Shown: piece by piece, positions 30,397-40,391 of the stretch | How the letters are laid out: the number at the start of each line of letters is the position of its first letter | Numbering within the stretch: the stretch's first letter is position 1 | Assembly: GCA_963809255.1 (NCBI GenBank) | Contig: CAWEIR010000003.1 | Coordinates: 759,049-823,048 of the forward strand | DNA length: 64,000 nucleotides | Direction of reading: 5' to 3' | Origin: Vulcanimicrobiota bacterium | Lineage (GTDB): Bacteria; Vulcanimicrobiota; Vulcanimicrobiia; Vulcanimicrobiales; Vulcanimicrobiaceae | The notes under the pieces: model-generated | The model's input: only the letters and a program-made list of their open reading frames with translations | Databases searched by the model: none | Told to the model about the DNA's origin: nothing | Translations under genes and position numbers: made by a program

Positions 30397-32042
30397 CCTC
30401 ACGAATGTTCTCCTCACCGCATGCAATCATCACGATGCGATCGATGCCCAGCGCCATGCCGCCGTGGGGCGGCGCCCCGTATTCGAGCGCGCGCACGAAG
30501 AATCCAAAACGCTCCTCGATCTGATCCGCGCTCAAGCCCAACATTTCGAAGATTCTGCGCTGCTGCTCGGGCTTGTGGATTCGGATCGAGCCCGAACCGA
30601 GCTCCCATCCGTTGAGCACGAGATCGTAGTGCTGGGCACGCATCTCCATCGGAGCCCGATCGATCAGTGCCCAATCGCCGGGCGCCGGCGCCGTGAACGC
30701 ATGATGCGCGGGCGCCGGCTTTCCGCTCTCCTCGTCGATTTCCAGATACGGAAAACCGGTCACCCAACCGAAAGCAAAGGTCTGCGGGTCGCGCAAATGA
30801 CATCGCTCGCCGACCTCGTTACGCATCTTCCCGGCGACCGCATGCGCGAGCGGAGCCGTGTCGGCAAAGAGCAGAATCGCGTCCCCGGACTCGGCTCCGA
30901 CCGATGCGGTTACGGCAGCAACGTCGGCCTCTGTAAGAAACTTTGCAGCTGAGGATTTCATTCCATCGGGCGCAAGCGAGATCCAGACCATCCCCTTGCC
31001 GCCGAACTGTTTGGCCATCTCGGTCAAGGTATCGAAGTCGCGCCGCGAGAGCGCCGCGCCACCAGGATAGCGCAACGCCACGATCGAGCCGCCGCTCTCG
31101 ATCGCCGACTTAAAGACGACGAACTCGGTGCTGGCAAAGACCGCATCGACATTGGCCAGCTCGAGGCCGAAGCGCAGGTCCGGCTTGTCGAGCCCGTATT
31201 TCGCGATCGCTTCTTGATGCGTCAGCCGCGCGAACGGCGGCAGCTCGATGCCCAGCACCGTCTGCCAGACGTAACGCATGCAGGATTCCATCGTCTCGAG
31301 AACTTCCTCTTGGGTACAGAACGACATTTCGACATCGAGCTGCGTGAACTCGGGCTGACGATCGGCACGCTGGTCCTCGTCGCGCATGCATCGCGCAATT
31401 TGCATGTAGCGGCCGAAGCCCGCGATCATCGAGATCTGCTTGAGCATCTGCGGCGACTGCGGCAGCGCATAGAACGACCCAGGGTAAAGACGGCTGGGAA
31501 CGAGGTAGTCGCGCGCGCCTTCGGGCGTTCGACTTGATGAGCATCGGCGTCTCGATTTCGACAAACCCGCGCTCGTCGCAGAAGTCCCGCATCGCCTTAA
31601 TGATGCGGTGGCGCAAGCGAATGTTCTCCTGCATCCGCGGACGGCGCAGATCGAGATAACGATACTCGAGGCGAAGATTCTCGTCCACGGCCTCATCGGC
31701 ATTGACTTGAAATGGGGGGACGAGCGAGCGGTTGAGAATTTCCAGCTCCTCGATTGCGGCTTCAACGTCGCCCGTTCCGAGTCGCGGATTCTCCGTTCCG
31801 GGCGGCCGGGTGCGAACCGCACCCCGAACGCGCAAGACGTCTTCATTACGTAGATGTTCGGCCTGGGCGAAGCTCGGATGCCCCGGATCGAAAACGATCT
31901 GCGTCACGCCTTCATGGTCGCGGAGGTCGACGAATATCAAACCGCCGTGATCGCGACGGCGATTGATCCAGCCGCAAAGCTCGACGATCTTGCCCGCATC
32001 GGCGGCGCGCAGGGCGCCGCACGAAAGCTTATCTCTCGTCAC
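30272..32042 (-). pseudogene. aspS: aspartate--tRNA ligase, interrupted as assembled by a 1-nt insertion at ~31528-31532
   Basis: ORF 31110..32042 reads ...GWINRRRDHGGLIFVDLRD...FVEIETPMLIKS and then goes out of frame. ORF 30272..31846 resumes TPEGARDYLVPSR...FTQLDVEMSF...GGMALGIDR. The span is 1771 nt, i.e. 3n+1. Confidence 0.93.
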
Positions 32043-32922
32043 GAGCTTGCTTTATCCCGGAGACGTAGTGGTACTGCAGCAAAAGCTCGCGTGCGAGCCG
32101 CGAGCGTTCCGCGCTGCCGGCGATGGCGCCGAGCAGAAGCGGCATCCGTGTAAGCGCGGAGTGCGCCCAAAGCGAGAAAGGAGTCATGCCCAGATTGAAC
32201 ATTACATCGACGTGCGGGTGCTTGCGATAGAAGCGCGCGGTCGAACGCCCGGCCAGCCGCATCTTTTCCTTTTGATCCACGTATGCAACGTCTTGACAAT
32301 GGTAGTTCACCGCAAGCGGTTCGTACACGATCTTGACGCCGAGCCTTTGCAAGCGGTAGCCGAGCTCCAGGTCCTCGTGGCCGTAGCCGGTGAAACTCTC
32401 GTCGAAGCAGCCGGCGCGCAGCAAATCCTCGCGTCGCACGGATGCATTGCCGGTAAGAAAATAAAGCCACGAAAGTTTTCTTCGCGACGGCGGATGCAGA
32501 TGCCCGCGCGCATCGGGATGATCTCGCTTGTACTCGTACTCTTCGAAATCGCGAACTTGAACCTCCAACCCGACGACGGCAATGCCGGTTCGTTTCCCAT
32601 GACGCCGCAGATGCGTCGAGAGGAGATCGGGCGACGCGAAGATGTCGGCATCGTTGAAAAGGACGATGCCGGCGCGCGCCTGCGCGATGCCGGCGTTACG
32701 AGCCGCTGCCCGGCCGCTGTACGGCCCCGCCAGGTGACGGACATTCCCATGCGTTTGAGCGACCCCGGCAAGAAACTCGGCCGTGCCGTCGGTCGAGTTC
32801 GAATCGCAGACGAGCAACTCGTACTGCGATGGCTCGAGGTCTTGCTCGAGGAGCGTCGGCAACACGCGCGAGAGCGTGTCGAGCCGATTGTAGGTCGGAA
32901 TGACGACCGAGATATCAAGCAT
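32029..32922 (-). CDS. glycosyltransferase family 2
   Basis: Motifs VVIPTYNR, CDSNSTDGT and FNDADI (DXD-type). Confidence 0.85.
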   Translation of the reverse strand: MLDISVVIPTYNRLDTLSRVLPTLLEQDLEPSQYELLVCDSNSTDGTAEFLAGVAQTHGNVRHLAGPYSGRAAARNAGIAQARAGIVLFNDADIFASPDLLSTHLRRHGKRTGIAVVGLEVQVRDFEEYEYKRDHPDARGHLHPPSRRKLSWLYFLTGNASVRREDLLRAGCFDESFTGYGHEDLELGYRLQRLGVKIVYEPLAVNYHCQDVAYVDQKEKMRLAGRSTARFYRKHPHVDVMFNLGMTPFSLWAHSALTRMPLLLGAIAGSAERSRLARELLLQYHYVSGIKQARDER

Positions 32923-33895
32923 GCATCAAGCGCGCGACGCCGGCCGTGATTTCGTGGCGAAACCGCTCGAGCAGATCGGGATCTGCACGCGCCGGTTTGC
33001 GCACCAAGACGTGAGGCACGCCGTATGGCGACCACTCTTGAGAGTTTAGCCGGAAGTATGCGTGTTCGAAGGCGACCAGCGTTGGCCGATGGACGGCGCT
33101 TGCGACGTGCGTAGCGCCCGTATCCACGGTTACCACCACTCGAGCGCGTTCCAGCACGGCGGCCCATTGATGGAAGGGCAGGCCGCGCAGACAATGAGTG
33201 ATGTCGCCGCTGGCTTCAAAAGCCGCGGCCTGCGGTTCGCATTCGCGCGCGCAAGTGATGACGACTGGGGCAAGCGAGGCCAGTTCCTTCACCATCGCGA
33301 GCGTTCCCGCCAGCGTGCTGCCGCCGGTAAACCATCTCGGAGCCAGGTGAAGCACGATGGGACTCTCGGGAAGCGTTCGCGCGATCGTTCGATCCGCATC
33401 GACCAAGTCGAGCCGCAGCGACGTGACGCGCCGATGCGCGCCGGCGAGCCCGACCAGATCGAGCAGCTGCAAGACCTCATGGCGCACGGTGCGGTTCGGC
33501 TCGCGGTCGCACAGGTCTGGGTCCGCTTCGGAGACCATGATGCTATTGAGGAAGAGACGAGCCGTCAGCCTAGCAAACCAGCGGCGCTCGTACGTATAGC
33601 CGATTCGAAGGGGCGCCCGCGTTCCTCCGACGATCTGCAGGTTGACGAAACGCGGGGCAAGCGCAACCGCGACGTCGTACCCAGTCAAGGTCGCGCCGAA
33701 CGCACGGGCCTTTACGCCGCGCGGCAGCACGATGATCTCGTCGATGTCGCCGTCGCGCTCCACGACCACGCGGTTGTATTCGCTCGTTACGATGGCGAGG
33801 TGCGCGTCGGGGAACGAGGCTCGGACCGTTGCAATCGCCGGCGTTGAGAGCACTAAGTCCCCGATGCGATCGGTTCGAGAGAGCAGAATCCTCAC
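32915..33895 (-). CDS. glycosyltransferase family 9 (heptosyltransferase-like)
   Basis: Motifs MRILLSRTDRIGDLVLSTPA and VDTGATHVASA. Confidence 0.82.
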   Translation of the reverse strand: MRILLSRTDRIGDLVLSTPAIATVRASFPDAHLAIVTSEYNRVVVERDGDIDEIIVLPRGVKARAFGATLTGYDVAVALAPRFVNLQIVGGTRAPLRIGYTYERRWFARLTARLFLNSIMVSEADPDLCDREPNRTVRHEVLQLLDLVGLAGAHRRVTSLRLDLVDADRTIARTLPESPIVLHLAPRWFTGGSTLAGTLAMVKELASLAPVVITCARECEPQAAAFEASGDITHCLRGLPFHQWAAVLERARVVVTVDTGATHVASAVHRPTLVAFEHAYFRLNSQEWSPYGVPHVLVRKPARADPDLLERFRHEITAGVARLMHA

Positions 33896-34797
33896 GAACT
33901 CGCGGCTCGCAGCGCGCGCTCCAGCTCCTCAAAGTAGGCTTCGTTCGCGAGCGCTCGCGACAGTCGTAGTTCTCGCGACGTGAGTTCTCGCTCGCTGCGG
34001 TCGGGGAGCCGGGCGCGCAGGCGATCTGCCAATCCCAGCCCGCGCCGCCACGCCGCAAGGCGCCGTTGTGCCGGGTTGATTCCGGTCGCAAGATACGCGC
34101 GCCAGTGAGGATGAAGCCGCGCGAGCGCGACGGCGGTACGCGCCTTGGCCTTCGCCTGCGCCACCAAGCCCTCGATGCTGCTTGCGCGAGGGCGCGGCTT
34201 GAAGTGATAGACGAGGGCGCGCGGATTGAAGACCGCCTTAACGCCGGCGGCGCGCAGCCGTAAGCCGACATCGATATCTTCCCAGCCGTACTCCGAGAAC
34301 GACTCGTCGAATCCGCCGATCGCGCGTATCGTCCCTAGCGGCGCCGAGACGTTCGTTGTCCAAAAGTAGTTGCCGCTGTAGTCCGTGATTCCCCAGACGG
34401 GCGGCGGTAACTCGTCGAGCGATCCGACTTCAATCGCGCCGCCGCGCACGATCGCGCCGGGACGCGCGGCAGCGCTGCGCATATGCTCCTGCACAAAGTT
34501 AGGCAGCACGAGCACGTCGTCGTCGATAAAAATGATCCGCTCGCCGGTCGCGCGCGCGATTCCGGCATTCCGAGCGGCGGCAAGTCCGCGGTTAGCTTGG
34601 CTTACGACGGTAAACGGACACGTCGCGCGCAAACGCGCGCGCTCGATGACCGACGGCGTTTCGTCGCTCGAGCCGTCGTTGACCAGCACGACTTCGTACG
34701 CGTTGTCGGGGACCGTCTGATCGAACGCGGCCTCCAGCACCCGGTCGAGCAGCGTCGCGCGATTGTAGGTGCAAAGCTGAATCGTCGTCGCAATCAT
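33892..34797 (-). CDS. glycosyltransferase family 2
   Basis: Motifs IQLCTYNR, VNDGSSDET and FIDDDV. ATG 34797 overlaps the upstream stop as ATGA. The track ORF is over-extended to 35271. Confidence 0.85.
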   Translation of the reverse strand: MIATTIQLCTYNRATLLDRVLEAAFDQTVPDNAYEVVLVNDGSSDETPSVIERARLRATCPFTVVSQANRGLAAARNAGIARATGERIIFIDDDVLVLPNFVQEHMRSAAARPGAIVRGGAIEVGSLDELPPPVWGITDYSGNYFWTTNVSAPLGTIRAIGGFDESFSEYGWEDIDVGLRLRAAGVKAVFNPRALVYHFKPRPRASSIEGLVAQAKAKARTAVALARLHPHWRAYLATGINPAQRRLAAWRRGLGLADRLRARLPDRSERELTSRELRLSRALANEAYFEELERALRAASS

Positions 34798-35804
34798 GCG
34801 ATCAACGAGTCGAGCGCGGCGAGGATTCGGGTACGATCGAGGTTCGCGATGCAAGCGTAGTCGCGACAGCGCTCTTTCGTGTCGCCCGGGTGGCAAGGAT
34901 ACGAGGCCCGCACAACCGCAGTTCGCTCGCCCAGCGGTGCCCATCGTTCGGGAAAATCGGATTGAAAAGGAAAGATACCCACCGTCGGGCAGCCGACGGC
35001 GGCGGCAACGTGCATCGAGCCGGTGGTTATTCCCACGAACGCGCGTGCGCGCCGTGCGAGCGCGCCGAAGGCACCCACGCTCGTGCGACCCGCAATCGAA
35101 TCGATTTCTTCCCGGCGATCGAGGAGACGAACGATGCCTTCCGTCAACTGTGCGTCCGCCGGCGAACCGCTCACGAGCACGCGCGCGTCGTAGCGCTCGT
35201 GAAGCGCGCGCGCCAGTGCCGCCCAGCCCTCGAGCGGCCAGAAGCTGCGCCGCGATGCAATCGCGTTGCAAGGATTGAGGATGATGAAGCGCTGGGAACC
35301 GGCAAGAAGCTCTGCGGCCTCGCGCTCATCATCCGCCGTGGGCACAAAACGATAACGAGGGTCCCCGGTGTCGCAGCCGATCGCACGCGCGAAATCGAGC
35401 AGCACGTCAGACCAGTGAGAGGTTACGTCGCCTCGTTCACTTCGAACGACGACCTTGTTGGTGAAGCGAAACGAGTACAAGCGGCGCGCCTGGCCGACTC
35501 GAACCGGGATGCCCGCACGCTGCGGAACTCGCGCGGCTCTTGAAGTCGCCCACGTCACGACGCAGGCCTTGTATCCGCAGCGCGCGAGTTCCGCCGCGAT
35601 CTCGCCATCCTCGCCCGCATCGACCAAGACGCGATCGACGTCCGGCACCCGTTCGAGCAGCTCGCGATGCGACGGCAGCGTGAGCGCGTTGACCCTTGCG
35701 AACCGCTGGTGCAGGGCACGGGCAACGACCGAGGCAACGAGCGAGTCACCGATGCCGCCGCCGGCGCAATAGAGCAACGCTCGCTCAGCGCACATCGCCG
35801 GCAT
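34794..35804 (-). CDS. glycosyltransferase family 9 (heptosyltransferase-like)
   Basis: Motifs GGGIGDSLVASVV and GITTGSMHVAAAVG. Confidence 0.8.
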   Translation of the reverse strand: MPAMCAERALLYCAGGGIGDSLVASVVARALHQRFARVNALTLPSHRELLERVPDVDRVLVDAGEDGEIAAELARCGYKACVVTWATSRAARVPQRAGIPVRVGQARRLYSFRFTNKVVVRSERGDVTSHWSDVLLDFARAIGCDTGDPRYRFVPTADDEREAAELLAGSQRFIILNPCNAIASRRSFWPLEGWAALARALHERYDARVLVSGSPADAQLTEGIVRLLDRREEIDSIAGRTSVGAFGALARRARAFVGITTGSMHVAAAVGCPTVGIFPFQSDFPERWAPLGERTAVVRASYPCHPGDTKERCRDYACIANLDRTRILAALDSLIA

Positions 35805-36663
35805 CGAGCGCGCGAACGAGCTCTCGAGCGTACAGTCCGTCCAAGAGTTGTCCGCGGCTTACGCGCCGCAGCCATCCCGGTGCATCGCTGGTGGACAGTC
35901 CTGCATAGAGCGCGAGAAGGCGGTCGGGCAAGAAGTAACGAGCCCGCAGAAGGTTGAGCGCATGGGCGCCGGTCGCCAAGCGCGCACGGCGTGAAGGATG
36001 CTTGGTGAGAAAGCGGCCCGCCATGCGCGCCTTCTCAATCGCTTTTTGGATTTCGATTTCGAGTGTGTTCTGCGCGGGCGGCTTGACGTGCCAGAGAAAC
36101 GCATCCCAGGCAAACTTCCAGCGGCACTTCGCCTGGCGCAGGCGCACGCCAAGCTCGGTATCTTCCCAGCCGTAGAGATCGAACGCTTCGTCGAATCCAC
36201 CGGCACGGAAGAAGGCTTCCCTCGAAAGCGACGCGTTGCACGTGCAGAGAAATGCGCGCGAATAGTTGGCCAGTGTGGGCGACGGTCTCGCGTCGTACGA
36301 CGGCACGTTGAGAATCGGCCCGTTGACGACCTCGTAGTCTCCCGTTTGCGCGGCCCCGTGCGCGGCGACCCAGGCGGGCGGCAGCCAGACGTCGTCGTCG
36401 CAGAACAGTAGATACCGGCCGGCCGCGACCCGCGCGCCGCGATTGCGCGCCTTGCCGCGATTAGGCTGCGGCTCGGTAACGTAATGCACCGGAATGGAGC
36501 GGACTGCGAAGGCTTGCACGACGCTTTTTGTCTCATCGGCGGAGCCGTTGTCGACGACGATCACTTCAAACTGCGGCGCGCGCATTTGACCCTGCAACGA
36601 TTCCAGCGTCCGCCTGAGATACTCGTGCCGGTCTTTCGTCGCGATCACGACCGAAAAGTCCAT
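35785..36663 (-). CDS. glycosyltransferase family 2
   Basis: Motifs VVIATKDR, VDNGSADET and FCDDDV. Confidence 0.85.
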   Translation of the reverse strand: MDFSVVIATKDRHEYLRRTLESLQGQMRAPQFEVIVVDNGSADETKSVVQAFAVRSIPVHYVTEPQPNRGKARNRGARVAAGRYLLFCDDDVWLPPAWVAAHGAAQTGDYEVVNGPILNVPSYDARPSPTLANYSRAFLCTCNASLSREAFFRAGGFDEAFDLYGWEDTELGVRLRQAKCRWKFAWDAFLWHVKPPAQNTLEIEIQKAIEKARMAGRFLTKHPSRRARLATGAHALNLLRARYFLPDRLLALYAGLSTSDAPGWLRRVSRGQLLDGLYARELVRALDAGDVR

Positions 36664-36670
36664 TCTTGTT

Positions 36671-37885
36671 CTACGCCGCCATGCGGATCAGCGAATCAGC
36701 CATCCGATCGGCCGCCCCGATATGATCGCGATAGAGCGCCCCCAACGCGTCACCGGATGTGCGAATCCAGGCCTGATCGTCGTACGAGTCGAGCGCGATC
36801 CGTGCGATTCGACCGGGCGTGACCGTTCCGTGCACTTCGCGCACGAGCGCGCAACCCGCGTCGATGTTCGGCTGCGTGTGAAAAGCAAAGCGGCGAGCGA
36901 CGGCGACCGCTGCCGCGCGTTTGAGCGGGACTCCGACGAGTGGGATGCGGTTGAGATAGGTAAGCGGGCCGTTAATTGCAACGAGCTCCGGCGCGTTGAG
37001 CGGCGTGATCGCGATCACCGGCTTACCGAGCACCGCCAGCTCGATCGTTTTCGTCCCGGGAATGGTCAAGACCAAACGCGCGCTGCGGGCCGCTGCCAGA
37101 GCGTTGGTGAGAAGGGGAATGCGCACGTCGTCGGACTCCGTGGCGAGAAAGTCGCGCCCGGTCTCGGTTACGAGCCGTCCGCTTCGACCGAACATTCGCG
37201 GATGGCCGCCGCCTGCGATCGCCGCCGCGACCTGCGCGCGCGACGTAAACGGTGAAAGGGCAAAGGCAATCCGAAGCCCGGGACGCTCCCGCAGCATGCG
37301 CAACGCCACCGCAAAATAAAACGGAACGAGATTTTCTATCTCGTAGGATCGAGAGCCGGGCATGATCAGCACGCCGTCGGACGGCGTTCCCGGTTCTCGT
37401 TCCAGACCGGCCTCGAAGAGCGCGCCGTCGATTGCCAAGTTTCCAACTCGCTCGATTCGCTGCGGCGGAGTTCCCCACGCAGCAAGCTGTTCGACGTTAC
37501 GTGCGTCCACCGCGAAGGCACGATCGAAGAGCGAACGATACGATCGGCGCGAAAACTTATAGGTCGCGGCGCGGCCCTTCAACCGCGCGTGAACGCGCGC
37601 GGCGTGCAACAGATCGCCTCCAATGTACTGTACCAGATCCGCGCGAGCCGGCAGACTCTCGAGCCGCGCGCCCAACGCGAACTTCAGGTACTCTTTCGGC
37701 GTGAAGACGCGAGCCGCCGGAAACGAGTCGCGCACCATTTTCGCTTCGAAGCCGGTAGCATAATCGTCGGGCACGAGAAAGACCAGCGCTTCCAAATCCG
37801 GTTGCCGCCGGTAGAGAGCGCGCAGCAGCGGCCGTAGCCACCCGGCAACCTCACCGGGACCGTTAGCCGTGACGGCTATACGCAT
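36671..37885 (-). CDS. lipid-A-disaccharide synthase-like glycosyltransferase (LpxB/GT19-related)
   Basis: The motifs IMPGSRSYEIENL, IPGTKTIELAVLGKPVI and QPNIDAGCALVRE parallel LpxB LLPGSR..E, ASGTA.LE and LPN..AG..V.E. ATG 37885 (MRIAVTANGPGEVAG). Confidence 0.6.
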   Translation of the reverse strand: MRIAVTANGPGEVAGWLRPLLRALYRRQPDLEALVFLVPDDYATGFEAKMVRDSFPAARVFTPKEYLKFALGARLESLPARADLVQYIGGDLLHAARVHARLKGRAATYKFSRRSYRSLFDRAFAVDARNVEQLAAWGTPPQRIERVGNLAIDGALFEAGLEREPGTPSDGVLIMPGSRSYEIENLVPFYFAVALRMLRERPGLRIAFALSPFTSRAQVAAAIAGGGHPRMFGRSGRLVTETGRDFLATESDDVRIPLLTNALAAARSARLVLTIPGTKTIELAVLGKPVIAITPLNAPELVAINGPLTYLNRIPLVGVPLKRAAAVAVARRFAFHTQPNIDAGCALVREVHGTVTPGRIARIALDSYDDQAWIRTSGDALGALYRDHIGAADRMADSLIRMAA

Positions 37886-38366
37886 CGAGGATGCGGGCGA
37901 TCGTCTCCGTCGTACTCTTCCCGGCCGCGTGCGGGGCGAGCGCGATTCGGCCGCCGTATGCGAGGACGACGCTTCGCTCCGGAAGCTCCGCTTCACGGTA
38001 CTGATCGCTCTTGACATGGACGTCGGGCCGAATGCGATCGAGTAAGACCTCCGGCGTACGCTCGGAAAATCCCACGACGCCGTCGACGCTGCGCAGCGCC
38101 AACAACAGTTCGGCTCGGTCCGGGAACGGAACGATCGGCCGGGCCCTGCCTTTGATCTGGCGCACCGAATCGTCCTCGTTCAAACCGACGATCAAAGCGT
38201 CGCCTTGCGCGCGCGCCCATGCAAGATACTCCACGTGACCTGCATGCAGCACGTCGAAGCAGCCGTTAGTGAAGACGACGCTCCGGCCGTCGCGGCGCAA
38301 CTCTTCGCGCCAGTCGACCGCCTCCTGCGTGCTCAGCAGCCGGCCAAAGAAGAGTGCCGCGCTCAT
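37863..38366 (-). CDS. D-glycero-beta-D-manno-heptose 1-phosphate adenylyltransferase (RfaE domain II type)
   Basis: Cytidylyltransferase motif TNGCFDVLHAGHVEYL. ATG 38366 overlaps the upstream stop as ATGA. The track ORF is over-extended to 38756. Confidence 0.85.
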   Translation of the reverse strand: MSAALFFGRLLSTQEAVDWREELRRDGRSVVFTNGCFDVLHAGHVEYLAWARAQGDALIVGLNEDDSVRQIKGRARPIVPFPDRAELLLALRSVDGVVGFSERTPEVLLDRIRPDVHVKSDQYREAELPERSVVLAYGGRIALAPHAAGKSTTETIARILDAYSRHG

Positions 38367-39337
38367 CCCGGGCCCGTCGCCGGCTCGACGAGGGCCACGA
38401 TCTCTTCGGGCGACGCGGTTGCGGTTCCGAGCTTCTCGACGACGACTCCGGCGGCAAAGTTGGCGAGTTGCATTGCCTGTTCGATTGCCGCACCGGCCGC
38501 CAGCGCCAGCGCCAGCACGGCAATAACCGTATCGCCCGCACCGCTCACATCGTAAACGGTCCGCGCGACGGAGGGAATTCTCAAACGCTGACCGTTGCGT
38601 CCAAAGAGCGCCATGCCGTGTTCGCCGCGTGTAATGACCGCGTACCGGCAATCGAGCATCTCGAGGAGGCGCACGCCGGCCCGTTCGAGGCTCGCATCGT
38701 CGACGATGGCGATGCCCGTCATCGTGGATGCCTCGGCCACATTCGGCGCGACACACGTCACGCCGCGCAGCAGCTCAACATTCTGCGGTTTGGGATCGGC
38801 CAGTACGAGGGGACAGATCGACGTCGCCTCGACGATTTCGCGACAGAGCAGCCCTTTGGCGTAGTCGCTCAAAATAACGGCGTCGCAATCTGCCGCGCGC
38901 CGGCGAACGAACGCTGCAATCCGTCCGCGGTCGTCGTCGGGAGGCGGCGCAGTGGACTCCCAATCCGCGCGCACGACCTGCTGGTTATGTGCCACGACTC
39001 GCGTCTTGCGCGTGGTTGGCCGGCCGGCCAACGTGAAGATTCCCGAATCGTCCACCTGCTGCTCTTGCAGCAGGCTGCGCACCTGCACGCCGAACGCGTC
39101 GTCACCGATCGTTCCGGCGAAAACGACGCCGGCGTGCAACGCCCGCAAATTGCTGGCAACGTTCCCGGCTCCGCCCAGCGTGAACGAATGGTCCGCGACG
39201 GCGACGACGGGAACGGGCGCCTCGGGTGAGATGCGCGTGACCGTACCCCAAATCCACTCGTCGATCATCAGGTCGCCGATGACGAGAATCCGGCGCCCCT
39301 TCGCACGTTCGAAGAGCGTCCGCGCGTCTGGTGCCAT
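38363..39337 (-). CDS. D-glycero-beta-D-manno-heptose-7-phosphate kinase (RfaE domain I, PfkB family)
   Basis: Motifs ILVIGDLMIDEW, GGAGNVASNL and DVSGAGDTVIA. Confidence 0.85.
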   Translation of the reverse strand: MAPDARTLFERAKGRRILVIGDLMIDEWIWGTVTRISPEAPVPVVAVADHSFTLGGAGNVASNLRALHAGVVFAGTIGDDAFGVQVRSLLQEQQVDDSGIFTLAGRPTTRKTRVVAHNQQVVRADWESTAPPPDDDRGRIAAFVRRRAADCDAVILSDYAKGLLCREIVEATSICPLVLADPKPQNVELLRGVTCVAPNVAEASTMTGIAIVDDASLERAGVRLLEMLDCRYAVITRGEHGMALFGRNGQRLRIPSVARTVYDVSGAGDTVIAVLALALAAGAAIEQAMQLANFAAGVVVEKLGTATASPEEIVALVEPATGPG

Positions 39338-39345
39338 CAGCGCGG

Positions 39346-39939
39346 TCAGGGCAAGCCGCCTTCGAAGATCAAGCGCTGCTCTACTAAATCGCAGACGATG
39401 TGCGCCATCACCTGGTGGACTTCTTGGACGATCCCAGCGTATCCATCGGGGCCGATCAACGCGAGGTCGGCAAATTCGAGGACCTCGCCGCCACCGTTGC
39501 CGGTAAACGCAACCGTTACCGCACCGCGCCGCTTCGCGACTTGCAGCGCGAGCACGACGTTGCGCGAGCTGCCGCTGGTCGTCATGCCGATCAGGACGTC
39601 GCCCGGTTTCGCAAACGCTTCCACCTGGCGAGAGAAGACGAAGTCATACCCGTAATCGTTGCCGACGCACGTCAGCGTTGACGAATTAACCGAAAGAGCT
39701 TCGCTGTTTAGGGCCGGCCGCTCGCGCAGGTAACGTCCGGAAAGTTCGGCAGCCATATGCTGTGCTTCGGCCGCGCTGCCCCCGTTGCCGCACCACAATA
39801 CCTTCTTGCCCGCTCGAAGGGCCGTAACGACCGCATCGACGATGGCTTCGACTTGCTCGCGATACTTCGGCACATCGAGAAGCCCGCGCCGGTCGGCGAG
39901 CAACTCGTCGAAATCCCGGCGTCCGTGGTATCGCGCCAT
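39346..39939 (-). CDS. gmhA: phosphoheptose isomerase (SIS domain)
   Basis: Motifs CGNGGSAAEAQHMAAEL and GMTTSGSSRNV. ATG 39939 lies just after the accB stop at 39948. Confidence 0.85.
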   Translation of the reverse strand: MARYHGRRDFDELLADRRGLLDVPKYREQVEAIVDAVVTALRAGKKVLWCGNGGSAAEAQHMAAELSGRYLRERPALNSEALSVNSSTLTCVGNDYGYDFVFSRQVEAFAKPGDVLIGMTTSGSSRNVVLALQVAKRRGAVTVAFTGNGGGEVLEFADLALIGPDGYAGIVQEVHQVMAHIVCDLVEQRLIFEGGLP

Positions 39940-39947
39940 CTGCTCGT

Positions 39948-40391
39948 TCACGAATGCGACTCGATCCAAAAAAGTTCTTGACCCTGCGAGACCAGCTCGC
40001 CGTTGCCGGGAACGATGCGCACGATCGTACCTGAATAATCGCTCTGAATCTCGTTGAAGAGCTTCATCGCTTCGAGCACGCACAGGACGTCGCCGGTCTC
40101 GACCCGGTCGCCGACGTTGACATACGGCGCGGTATCGGGTGACGATGCAAGATAGAACACGCCGGTCAGCGGCGCCAGCACTTTGGTAACGTTCGCACCC
40201 GCCGCCGCCGCGCTTTCGCCGGTTGACGCGGAAGAGAAGCCGTCGGCTTGCGGCGCCGGTTCGGAGTTCGCACGCGAGAGCTCGTAGACTGCGTCGCCCA
40301 GTCTTACCTTAATCGTGTCGAGGTCGTGCTCGTGCATGAGTGCGAGCAGCTCGCGTAACGTTTGTGTCTCTTCGGCATAGCGCTCGTCCAT
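39948..40391 (-). CDS. accB: acetyl-CoA carboxylase biotin carboxyl carrier protein (biotinyl domain)
   Basis: Biotinylation motif VLEAMKLFNEI in the C-terminal domain, plus an Ala/Pro-rich linker. No accC is adjacent. Confidence 0.8.
   Translation of the reverse strand: MDERYAEETQTLRELLALMHEHDLDTIKVRLGDAVYELSRANSEPAPQADGFSSASTGESAAAAGANVTKVLAPLTGVFYLASSPDTAPYVNVGDRVETGDVLCVLEAMKLFNEIQSDYSGTIVRIVPGNGELVSQGQELFWIESHS

Noticed and set aside
39948-40391. Stand-alone accB without accC as a sign of an unusual carboxylase system
   Set aside because: Biotin carrier genes are often unlinked from accC, and nothing else in the neighbourhood suggests a carboxylase or decarboxylase complex.
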